Origin: Sphaerodactylus townsendi
Taxonomy: Eukaryota
Reading direction: 5' to 3'
NCBI RefSeq assembly: GCF_021028975.2
Contig: NC_059425.1
Span: 41,416,001 to 41,480,000 of the forward strand
DNA: 64,000 bases
In this document: piece by piece, positions 23,964 to 34,831 of the stretch
Layout: each line of letters starts with the position of its first letter
Numbering within the stretch: position 1 is the first letter of the stretch
The notes under the pieces: generated by a model
Database searches by the model: none
Seen by the model: the letters and a program-made list of their open reading frames with translations, nothing else
Told to the model about the DNA's origin: nothing
Program-made: the position numbers and the translations under genes

Positions 23964-25546
23964 TGTATTATGTATGCTTTGGCATGTGTAGGTTGGTGTC
24001 AGAAAGCTTAAACATGGAGACATTATATTTTGGTAATTTTTAGTGTACTGTTGTTTTATGCTATTAGCAGAAATATGGCTTTCATTTGTTGTTATCCACA
24101 TTAATTCCTATAATACAATGAAAGACCGGCCTTAAAAATATTTTAAATAAATCTATTTCTGTTAAAGAATCTCATGGAATGTCTCATGATAAATACATCT
24201 TGTTTCCACTTTTGCTGCGCTAGCTTCAACTATTTTGTGCAACTGGGCTGGTAAACTCATTGTTGATATGTCTAATATTCTCCTGTTGTAGGAGAAACAA
24301 ATTATCCTGTGCTTAAAAATAGGTAATTGCTTCTTGCATCTAATTGATTTCTAGAATTTACAATTCAGATTTGTCTGGAGGAAGTGGGCACACTACCTGC
24401 AACTGGCTCCCTTACAAGGAGCTAATAAATCATTCTATCTTCTCTGCTCGCCTGCATCCAGCAAGAAATATTTGAGGGGACTTTATGGGTCCTGAGCCCT
24501 GAAGACTTCATTATGCCATAATATGTTGCCCAGCAGTGACATCTGTCTTATTGCAATGTCATTACATGACTGTTGATCTGCAGAACTGCCATCAGCTACT
24601 GGTAAATAAGAATAGACTTCATATTATGGGTATGTGTCAGCATGGGCAACATCTTAGGGCAGGCCTACATGACTTCTCAGGCTGAAAGAAGCCCACCAGT
24701 CTTGCGTGCCTTCATAAATCTCCTAGTTTTGCTGCCTGCTTGCCCTAGAGAAACTGAAGAGTTGACAGGGACCTGGCAGGCAGGTTACATTTTGGCTGGT
24801 GAGTCACAAATTGTTCAAGGGCCTGCCCTAGAAGGATGAACACAGCTTTTTGGGCCCAAAGATCTTTACCAGTCTGAAAGGTTTTTGCAAGCTTTTCTGT
24901 TAGGGGCAGGATCACCAACTTCTACACTTAACAGATTTCTAAAACTTCAAATAGGGCTGTTTTCCCAAAATAATTAAAATGCGCATTTCCTTCTGCACTT
25001 TGAATGTGTCAGTTTTTGAACATGGTGTGTGCTGCTCATGAAACTCTATGGGGCGAATAAAAAGATGAGTGCTACTTCCTTTCCCTCACTTCCCCTCTCT
25101 ACTCTCTTGCTTTGTGTTAAGAAATGTCCTACAAACAGGCAAAAGATCTGTGTATCTCCATCTGTGCTGCTGCCATTACCTACAAAATCTGGGAGACAAA
25201 GAGAGCAAGACTTCTAAGTAGTTGATATAATGCTGAAGTCTCAGAATTTGTGTTGTGACACCATTTCCCCTCTAATTCAGTACTCCCTTTCCATAGACTC
25301 CAGCTCACCATACTAGGATAACAACGTTAAAGCCAGTTATTGCACTAAACATGATGTATGAGACTGATCCGTTGCTTTTCTTAAATTTCTTGCCATTTCA
25401 ATAGACTAACATACCTAATTAATAATAGACTAATATACCTAATTAATAATAAATAACCTGGTTAATGGTATGAAAGGGGTGAAATCTTTAGGCAGAAGTG
25501 ACCATTTTGGAGTTTGTTATGCAATAGAAAGGGGAAGCCAAGCATA

Positions 25547-25696
25547 GGCCCCTTCTGCACATGCAGAATAATGCACTTTCAATCCACTTTCAATTCACTT
25601 TGCAGCTGGATTTTGCTGTGCGGAATGGCAAAATCCACTTGCAAACAATTGTGAAAGTGGATTGAAGGTGCATTATTTTGCATGTGCAGAAGGGGG
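25547..25696. mobile_element. Harbinger-type MITE nested in CR1
   Basis: GGCCCCTTCTGCACATGCAGAATAATGCAC ... GTGCATTATTTTGCATGTGCAGAAGGGG; inverted homolog of 2536-2686. Confidence 0.8.
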
Positions 25697-26714
25697 TAGC
25701 ATTGCAGACTTTAAGAAAACTGATTTCAGTAAGCTGAGGGAACTACTGGTTGTGGTCCTGTAATTAAGAATACTTAAGGAGAGGGGATTGCATGATGTAT
25801 GGGAGTTTCTTAAAAGTGAGATATTGAAGGCACAATTTCACACAGTTCCAATGAGAGGTGTCTAGCAAAACAGGATGAGTGTCTAAAGAAGTTTCAACTG
25901 AGTTAAGGTTTTAAAAGGACATGTACAAGAAATGGAAAAAAGGAGGAAATTACAAAGGAAGAATTCAAACAAATACCCAGCACATGTAGGGAGAAAGCCA
26001 GAAAAGCTAAAACACAGAATTTCAAGCTTTCTAGAGAAGTTAACAACAATAAAAAGGGCTCTTTTTGGTTATGTCTGTAGCAAAAGGAAGAACAAGGAAA
26101 TGGTAGGGTCATTATGTGGAGAATATGGTGAAATGCTGACAGGGAACAGAGAAAAGGTGGAGCTATTCAGTGCCTTCTTTGTCTCAGTCTTCTCCCAAAG
26201 GAAAACAGTGTTCAGTCTGGGAAAACGGAGCAGACAATACAGTAGGAGAAATCCAACACAGAATAGATAAAGATGTAGTACTAGAATGCCTGGCTATACT
26301 AAATTAATTCAAGTCTCTTGAGCCTGATGAACTACATCCCAGAGTATTAAAATAACTGGCAGAAGTAATATCAGAACCACTGGTAATAATCTTCGAGAAG
26401 TTGTGAATAGAAGCCCCAGCAGACTGTAGGACAGCAAGTGCTGCCTTCATCTTCAAGGGGGGGGGGAGTTCCAAACTATTATGGTTCACTCAGTCTGACA
26501 TCAATACCAGGAAAGATTCTAGATCAGGTCTGTAAGCATTTAGAAGGGAATGCCGTGATTACTAAAAGTCAATATGGGTTTATCAAAAACAAGTCATGCC
26601 AGATTAATCTTATATCTCTATTTCTGATAGAGTGACTAGCTTGGTAGATTAAGAAAATGATGTGAATGTAACATACCTTGATTTCAATAAGGCCTTTGGC
26701 AAGATCCCCTATGA

Positions 26715-26794
26715 CAGCCAATTGACCATGCTGGCAGGGGCTGATGGGAATTGTAGTCCATAACATCTGGAGTGCCAAAGGTTCGCCACCACGG
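26715..26794. mobile_element. Half hAT MITE (left arm deleted) nested in CR1
   Basis: Right arm homologous to 45035-45112; intact 8-bp TSD CCCTATGA (26707-26714, 26795-26802). Confidence 0.78.
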
Positions 26795-26877
26795 CCCTAT
26801 GACATTCTTGTAAACAAGTTAGTGAAGTGTGGGCTAGACAAAGCTACTGTTAGATGGATTTGTAATTGGTTGACTGA

Positions 26878-27351
26878 GGCCATTTCCGCACGGCCCATAA
26901 ACGACGGCCTGGGGGCGGTAAAAACGCAAAATGACTCCGCTTCCCTTCCCCCAGGGTGGCGTCAGGCCGCCCTAAACAACAACCCCTTAAAGGGTTGTTG
27001 TTGGGGAGGAAGTGTCTTCCCGGCGGCGCGGTGCGAACCGCGCCGCTGGAAAGACGCTGTCTCCCTCCTCCGTCTGACTCACGATGTCCTCATCGTCGCC
27101 TGCTGGCCGTCGCAACCCCGCCCACACTGTCCTCTGACCTCCAGGGGTCGGAGGGCAGCGTGGGCGGGGCTTAGACGGCCAGCAGGCGACGACGAGGACA
27201 TCGTGGGTCGGACGGAGGAGCGGGCCGCCTCTCCTGCGGCGGCCTTCTGCCTATGGCCTGCTTCACTGCAGCTTATGCGTGCGGGAGCTTCGCCACGCCG
27301 CCAGAACTCTTGCCGGCGTGGGGGGCGCGAGGTGGCCGTGCGGAAACGGCC
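26878..27351 (+). mobile_element. CpG-rich Harbinger-type non-autonomous element nested in CR1 RT
   Basis: TIRs GGCCATTTCCGCACGGCC / GGCCGTGCGGAAACGGCC, TSD TGA; related to the 7338/31929 family. Confidence 0.88.
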
Positions 27352-27484
27352 TGAGTGAACTTGAAGGGTGCTCACCAATGGCTCATCTTTATCCATGAAA
27401 GAAGTCACTAGCAGGGTACCTCAGAATTCTGTCTTAGGCCCAGTTCTAGTCAATATTTTTCCATTAATGACTTAGATGAGGGAA

Positions 27485-28369
27485 TGTCGGGGTGAGCCCC
27501 CCCGGACTTACATACGCCCGTATTACGGACTCGATGGCGCTTCGCTTGCATACGCCAGCGCCATCCCAGCGGCTGGATTGGGCGGCCGAGGAGCTTCGGC
27601 GGCGGCAGACCGCCAGGGCGGAGAGCCCCTCCAGCGTATGGCGCTGGGCGCTCAGCGGAGCTCGGCCCGCCCGGGACTAAGCCTCATCACGGCCAGTCCC
27701 GGCTCAGGGGATGGCGACCGAGGCGGACGGGCTCGCCCGGCGAGCGGCAGCCCATGGCAGCGAGCTGCGCCCGGAACTTGCTGGGCCGGCACGCTCCCCA
27801 GGAGGAACACCAGCGGGACAGCGGCTGCAGCCCACCCGGCAATTTACCCGGCGTCTGACCCTCCGAACCGTCGGCATGACAGAAGCTGAGCGGAGGTCTG
27901 GGAAAGGCAGAGCCGGCAAGGAGAGAACCTTTAAGGAGGTGGGAAGCGGCGAGGGATAAAGAGGAAGAACAGCAGCAGCTGGGGAGTTGTGGGACAGGAG
28001 GCAGAAGGAAGGGTGTGCAGAGAGGGGCTGGAAGCGGAAGGAGAAGGAGAGAGGTTGGGAGGGGCCAGCTGAGGGACAGGAGGGGAGTGGGGGAGGCCTG
28101 TGGAGAGAACAGGCCCCCCAGTTCTGGGACAGGGAGACTTGTGGAGCAAACAAGCTCCCTCGGGGAAACAAAGGGGAGTCCTGTGGGAGGAACAGGCTCT
28201 CCCAGGGGAACTGTGTGGAGAGGCCAGGCGGGCCCTGAGGGGGTTTAGGCCCCACTGTTTGACCACCCCTCCCTAGAACAGGGGTGAGGCCGGGAACAAG
28301 AACCCCGGGTAGGGTTTGGAGGGAAGGCATCAGGGCTCCCCCGCGGTACTCTGGAGGGGGACCCTGACA
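27485..28369 (+). mobile_element. Young CpG-rich solo LTR (885 bp) nested in CR1 RT
   Basis: Termini TGTCGGGGT / ACCCTGACA, exact 5-bp TSD GGGAA; CR1 sequence resumes afterwards. Orientation inferred only from TATA-like GGGATAAAG at ~27953. Confidence 0.82.
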
Positions 28370-28892
28370 GGGAATGATGATCAAATTTGTAGATGAGGGT
28401 AGCTAATACCCCAGAGAACAGGGACATAATTCAAAATGATCTTGACGGATTAGAGATGAGCCAAAACTAACAAAATGAATTTCAACAAGGAGAAGTGTAA
28501 GGTACTACAGAAAGAATGAAATGCTGTGATACAAGGTGAGTGACACCTGGCTTGACAACAGTACATGTGAAAGAGATCTGGGAGTCTTAGTAGACCACAT
28601 AATGAATATGAGTTGGCAGTGTGATGTGGCAGCTCCGAAAACCAATGTGATTCTTAGCTATATCAACAGGAGTATGGATTAAGGGAAGTAATAATACCAC
28701 TCTCTTAAGGGATTAGATTAAGGGAGTAATAATACCACTCTATTCTGCATTTGGTTAGACCTCACCTGGAATACTGTGTTTAGTCCTGGGTGCCACAGTT
28801 CAAGAAAGATATTGACAAGCTGGAGTGTGTCCAGAGGAGGGCAACCAAAATTTTTAAAAGGTCTGGAATCCATGCCTATAATGAGAGACTCT

Positions 28893-29364
28893 GACCCTTT
28901 CCGCACAGCTAATGTATAATGGGTTGTAGTCAGGATAAAGTAACCTGTTTTCCTTTTTTCGCATTCACATGCATCCATGCAGGAAGCGATTGGAGCCCAC
29001 AGAAACAATCTGCAGTGCTGTTGCACCTACACACAGAGATGCAGCTTTTTAAAATTTACTTCCCACCCATTCATAGCTATGCAGGTATGCACAAATGAAC
29101 CCCCACAGACATGCTGATGTCTCACTATATGACTGTCTGTACCTGCATAGCCGCAATAAAGCACCTCCCAAATCCTGCAACGCAGGATTTTTTTAAAAAG
29201 ACTCATGAATAGCACAATTCTCCAAAAAAAACCCATAATTTTGGGGAAAATAAGAAGGGACAGACTCGTTTTAGGGGTGGGAATCTGTGTGAACTCCCCC
29301 CCCCCCCGCAACAGTTTTTTTAACTGTCCTACTCATGTGTTTATTGGCCCAGGCAGAGGGGGCC
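28893..29364. mobile_element. Harbinger-type non-autonomous element nested in CR1
   Basis: Starts GACCCTTTCCGCAC, ends GCAGAGGGGGCC followed by TTA; splits CR1 GAGAGACT|TAGGGAGCTGG. Confidence 0.65.
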
Positions 29365-29449
29365 TTAGGGAGCTGGCTTAGTCTGGAGTAGAGCAGGTTA
29401 AGAGGTAACTTGATTGCCATGTTTAAATATTTGAAGGAATGTCATGCTG

Positions 29450-29473
29450 AGGGTTAGGGTTAGGGTTAGGGTT
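29450..29473 (+). repeat. Interstitial telomeric repeat (AGGGTT)4
   Basis: AGGGTTAGGGTTAGGGTTAGGGTT inside the CR1 3' region. Confidence 0.9.
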
Positions 29474-31029
29474 TTCTGCTGCTCCAGGCACTAGGACACG
29501 GAGTAAAGGATTCAAACTATGTAATAAGAGATTCCACCTAAACATTAAGAACTTCCTTATAGTAAGGGCTGTTTGACAGTGGAATATGCTGCCTTGGAGG
29601 ATGGTGGAGTCTTCTTTGGCGGCTGGATGACCATCTATTGGGAGTGCTTTGATTGTGAATTCCTGCATGGCAGGGGTTAGACTGGATGACCCTTGTAGTG
29701 TTTTCCAATGTTATGATTCCATGACTCTATGGGATTTCCCTCTTGTTGATTTATGCCCTTTTCAATACAGGCTATTATCTACATCTGGAAGCAAATCCCA
29801 GTTGGACTGTATCTCTCTAATGCAGCTCTTGGCTTTAGCTCAGAGTACCTAATTGAGGACCTGTTTTGATAATTTCTAGCCCATTAATGAAGCAGTGGAC
29901 TAGAGTAGATATATTCTTTCCTTTGCAATAGAGAAAACAAATATTTGAAAGGCTGACAGTTCCTCATTATAGCATCAAGAAACAAGGGGCAAAGATTCTC
30001 ATCATGTTTTAGTCACAAGCCAAAAATGCTCTCAATTTTGAAGGAAGTTGAAGTTTTCTTTGAAAAGTGACACATTTCTTATTTGTAGATGTGGTAATCT
30101 CCCATGGATTTATGGTACAGGCTCAGCTGAGGAGTCAAAATAGTGCATTGGTAGTTCTAAAACAAAGGACAGTATTTGAAATTTGCTGCAGTTCTATATC
30201 TTACCATTCAAACATTGAATCAAAATGTCGAATTCTGAATATTTGTGCTATAGAAGTTGCTAGAAGTAGTGTATGTGGGAGGGAGTATCGGACAAACAGC
30301 GTGAGGAATCACAATAAATTACTAAGTGAGATGAATTGAAAGGTCTCATCTCCTATTAGGGCTATCATGATTGGCAAGACCAAAATCATGTCTGCACCCT
30401 GATCCCAAAAGCGGCAACCACAAAACTTTACATGCACAACCAGGGTTCCCCCTTTTGTTTTGGTGATAGCAGCTTCAGTGCGAAAATCCAAACCATGTCA
30501 CACTCCTTTCCTGATTAGTTATCTTTACATCTGCACCTAACTTTAGGCAGCTTTGTCTTTCTCACCTAACTGAGGTCCTCAAAATTATTTACTAGGCTGG
30601 AGCTTGGGTACAAAATGATTTGGCTTTACCAAAAAAAGTCCAGATTTTTTTAAAAAATTATTTTTTCCCAGTTTTCTCCCCATTCCACCCCCCCGTTTCC
30701 CACTAAATAAAATCGAACTTACTTATGAGTAGATATGTTTAGTATAGCTTCCTATAGGAAGGACCATACTCAATCAGTGTGAATGTTTGTATAATCCAGG
30801 TCTTTATACATGACTGTGCGTATACATGAATCATTTTATTTCATATTTAAAATTTATATTGCACCTCTCCATATCTCTGAGACAGCTAGCAACTCATTTA
30901 TTCATAATGCAGCCCATATTAAATTTGCAACATTTGAAGCATCTCTCAAACCATAGATTGCTAAGTAAGTGACTCTGCAAAATGAAGAAGAAAAAAACTT
31001 TTGGAAAAGGATTCTTTCACTGTTTTCAG

Positions 31030-31140
31030 TGCTTTTAAAGCACTGCTTTAAAGCTTTTTTTAAAGCACTGCTTTAAAGCACTGTTTTTTTTAAAGCACTG
31101 CTTTAAAGCTTTTTTTATTGCTTTAAAGCTTTTAAAGCAA
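31030..31140. repeat. Short tandem/palindromic TTTAAAGC(ACTG) repeat array
   Basis: About 8 copies of TTTAAAGC with ACTGC or T-run spacers. Confidence 0.85.
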
Positions 31141-31233
31141 TATAAAAGAGGATGCGATGTGGATTTGCTGTGGAACTGGAACCGCATCACAGTGTCAGGC
31201 CACACCTCGTGTATGGCCCTGTGCAGTTGTATT

Positions 31234-32591
31234 TGTAAAGAACGGTGAGGAAAGAAACCCAAGAACTTTAAAATCGAAAGAAAGATTTTACTGAGCAGAA
31301 TTAGGTATTTCACACACCGGGTGAGCTCTCTAGAGGAGAGTCACACCTCAGCATACAAAAGACCTCATCTTTTATAATTTCCAAGAATACATACATCATA
31401 TTTCATAATCATACCAGCATACATAACCCATATAATCATTTTTCCCATACATGCTTTCTTCCTCAGCATTAAAATCAAATTGGCTAGTCTGCCTATTTAT
31501 TTCACAAAAGCTGAAATTTTCCTTCTCTCTACCCCTGTGCAAGGGGCTGCAATAAACTGAATTCTTTCTAGTTTTCAATCCAGATCAACAGTTTCCAACA
31601 TTCCTTTTGTTCTCAGAGAAAGAGAGAGAGAGAGAGATCTCCAGGGTATAAAGATTTTACGTACAACTTATTCACTTTAAAAGGTTAAAAATGATTTTGA
31701 CAAATATAAAAAGTGATTCTAGTAGATATCTTATTATTTCAGTGTTCATTAAAATGTAGAAAAACACATTTTCAATTATCTAATCAAATTCCTTTCTATT
31801 TTAACCTCTGATTTCTTTATTGCTATGTTTATTTCACGAAGATCATCCCATATAGCTAGTTATGCCAAACAGGTCTATAAGATATGTCTTTTGTCACGTC
31901 TTAGCCCTTAGTGACCATATCTTTCTTAGGCCCTTTCCACACGGGCCAAATACGGCGCCCTGGGGACGGCAAAAACGCAGTCCCCAGGGAGCCGTTCGCA
32001 CAGGAGGCGCTGCTGGAATGCAGCAGCACCGACCTGGCTCCCCTCCACCTCCCCCAGAGCGGCGTTAGGCCGCCTCCAAAAACCTCCCTCCTGGAGGGAG
32101 GTTTTTGGAAAACAGCGTGTTCCCGCTGGTGCGGTGTGAATGGCACCGCCGGGAACACGCTGTTTTCCCCGTCCCCCCCACTCACCTCGTCATCCTGCGT
32201 CGCTCTACTGGACTGCTGAGACCCTCCCTCGCTGTCCTCCCCCTGGAGGTCGGAGGTCAGCGTGGACGGGTCTTAGGAGTCCAGCAGGGTGCCGCAGGGT
32301 GACGAGGTGAGTGGGGGGGATGGAGAAGAGGCGGCTTCGTGCGGAGCCACCTCTCTCACGCCAGCCTCTGTGGGGGCCGCTCGCTCATGTGCGAACGGCC
32401 CCCACCCCTCCACCCGGCAGAATTCCTGCCGGTGCAGGGGCGCCCTTTCCGCAGTGCGGAAAGGGCCTTAGTGATATAATCTTTTGCTTACTTGCATAAC
32501 TGCTATGTAACTGCTGACAAGCTGACCTAGAGAGAAAACCCTTTTAAATCATTTGGTTCTATATATCCCTTATTCTTTAATAACAAATACA
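31234..32591 (-). mobile_element. Possible ERV-type solo LTR, interrupted by the 31929 MITE
   Basis: Minus-strand TATAAAAG (~31369-31376) upstream of an AGTAAA poly(A)-like signal (~31288-31293) and a TACA terminus at 31234; other boundary and TSD uncertain. Confidence 0.35.
31929..32467 (+). mobile_element. GC/CpG-rich PIF/Harbinger-type non-autonomous element (539 bp)
   Basis: TIRs GGCCCTTTCCACAC / GTGCGGAAAGGGCC, canonical TTA TSD; colinear with 7338-7882. Confidence 0.9.
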
Positions 32592-33523
32592 GTTTTTAGA
32601 CATTGGTTCTCCATCCTCACAACAGCTGTAACAGAGATTGCCCACAGCTTCCTGAGGAGGTTTGCACTTTTCAGACAAAGACATTCCTGAAGTCTGGAGG
32701 ACTATGACTGGGAAGGTTTGTTTGGGGCAGAGAAGAAGCTCAGTGGGAATCTGGCGCTAAAGAGACTACCCTCCAAACCTCCAGCAGTGCTGAGTCCTGT
32801 AGCCTTAAGATCAGTTATAATCCCAGGAGCACTCCAGGCCCTGCATGGAGCCTGGCACCACTAATCTTCTCTGAATCTACTACCCTTCAACTTCATTGAG
32901 TTCCTTGAGTGATACCAACAGACTGTTTTAATTTCAAATGCTAGCATTAAGGGAGAAACACTTCTTTCCTCCCAGTTTCTCCTCCATATATGTAATTTCA
33001 CAACCCCTTCTTAGTTGCCTTTTTTTACCCTAAGAATGTCCTAAACTATCTTTTATATTATCTCTGTGCTTGTTTTATATTATCTTAGATTTTTATTGCT
33101 GCTTTCAGAAGCTTTTTTGAAAACAATAACTGTTTTTATAGCTGTTTCATTATGTTTACCTATTTAATTGTATTTGACTATTATTTTATTCACTAGAAAC
33201 CACTTCAGGAGTCTTTTTAAGCTTAGAGTAGCAAGGTACAAATGGTTCCATAAATAAATAGAACCTGCCTTCTTCGGGGAATAGCAAATACGAGACTGAC
33301 TTTTAAAAAGGGAGCTTGATTTGATGGGACAGGAAGTTACAGACCAGTTAGACTCTTAGTTATGTTAACTATACACTGTGTGAAAAAGTAGGAATTCACT
33401 TCCACAGGTTGTAGTGGTGAGTGGGGAAGCTTCAAAACTAATGGATTGTTATTGCTTCTGATTTAGCAACCATAATTTTGACTGCTTACAGCCCATTTAT
33501 GGCTGTTCATAGGGTTGTTTCAC

Positions 33524-34831
33524 CAGAGGTGTAGCTGGGCCAGAGTGTGCCCGGTGCGCACTCTGGCTTTTTCACCACCACCACCCCCCGCACGGCGGCG
33601 CCCCTCCAACTTCCACTCCCACTTACTTTAGAAAACCGAGCAGGCTGCAGAACAGACCTTCCTGTTCTGGTGGGAACTACATTTCCCAGGGTCTCCTGGG
33701 AAATGTAGTTCCCACCAGAACAGGAAGGCCTGTTCTGCAGCCTGCTTGGTTTCCTAAAGTAAGTGTGGGGGGGCGCAGCAGGGGGGCTGCTGTGGGGGGA
33801 ATCACGCCAGGGCCCCCGTGGCACCCCCCTGTGGTGCCCCCCACACTTACTTTAGAAAACTGAACAGGCTGCAGAACAGACCTTCCTGTTCTGATGGGAA
33901 CTACATTTTTCAGGAGACCCTGGGAAATATAGTTCCTACAGGACAGGAAGGCCTGTTCTCCAGCCTGCTCAGTTTTCTAAAGTAATTGTGGGGGGGCGCC
34001 GTGGGGGGGCACCGCAGGGGGCGGGGAAAGGGGGAGGGGCTGGTGGGATTTTGCGCCCCCCACATGTCCCAAATTTATGCGCCTGGTGCGTTACGCGTGC
34101 CCCGCCCTCTGAGAGCTTTGCTGCTGTGTTTCACTCCTTCCCATGCAGCACAATGCAGCGTGATCAGTTTGCATATGTACTGTTCCACAACCTGAAGGAG
34201 TTTTCTCTCTTCAGTACAGCATAGCGCTTCCTGTTGCAGCCAAAACATCAAATTAAATTAGTCATCAAGCACACAAACTATTGGCAAATCAACATTTTTA
34301 AAGAAAAAAAGCAATTTTAAAGAAATTACTGTACCTTTACTGTACCTTTCCATTCCTTACTGATTGAAATGGCTGCCAATCTGTTTGGATATGGGCAAGG
34401 ATGGAGGTAAGGGGGGTGTTTCCTCGGGTTCAACCCCCATTACATGTGGGTTTTTTGGTATTTTAAGTGTTTTTTGTTTTTGGCCTGTAGGGGGTGCAGT
34501 TTTTAGGCTAGCAGCACTGAAATTTCAGGGATTTGTTGGGAGACTCTCCTGATGAAATCACCCAGGTTTGGTGATGTTTGGCTCAGCAGGTCCAAAGTTA
34601 TGGGCTCCCAAAGGGAGTGCCCCATTCCCCATTGTTTCCATTCTCCTTTTAAATCCACTCCCTTCAGCATGGATTTAAAGGGAGAATCTGGACTCCCCAG
34701 TTTAAACACCATTGAAAGTGAAGCTGTTTCGGGGTGGATTCGAGCATCACAGCATCACAGCGGCCACTCATGGGGGGCCCCACAAAACTCAGATTTTGCA
34801 CCGGGATCCATTTTCCCTAGCTACGCCTCTG
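33524..34831. mobile_element. Composite GC-rich DNA-transposon derivative (hAT-like termini) with twin hairpins
   Basis: CAGAGGTGTAGCT / AGCTACGCCTCTG inverted termini (12/13); no matching TSD, so it may be several nested elements. Confidence 0.5.

Larger units (their letters stand above)
25455..29731 (+). mobile_element. 5'-truncated CR1 LINE (ORF2 pseudogene plus 3' end) with nested insertions
   Basis: Degenerate ORF2 motifs: LGRSDH, PDELHPRVLK*LAEVISEPL, SLTSIPGKIL, QYGFIKNKSC, YLDFNKAF, VPQNSVLGP, ERDLGVLVD, LVRPHLEYCV, KDIDKLECVQRRATK; 3' tail GATTCCATGACTCTATG. Confidence 0.92.

Noticed and set aside
23775-24101. ORF with poly-Ser/poly-Arg
   Set aside because: Translation of the (CTC)n(CTA)n SINE-tail microsatellite.
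26744-28384. Longest ORFs in the track (204 and 226 aa)
   Set aside because: Stop-poor GC-rich MITE and LTR sequence fused to CR1 fragments; not genes.
31030-31140. Regularly spaced short repeats superficially like a CRISPR array
   Set aside because: Eukaryotic context, 8-13-bp units, no unique spacers and no cas genes.
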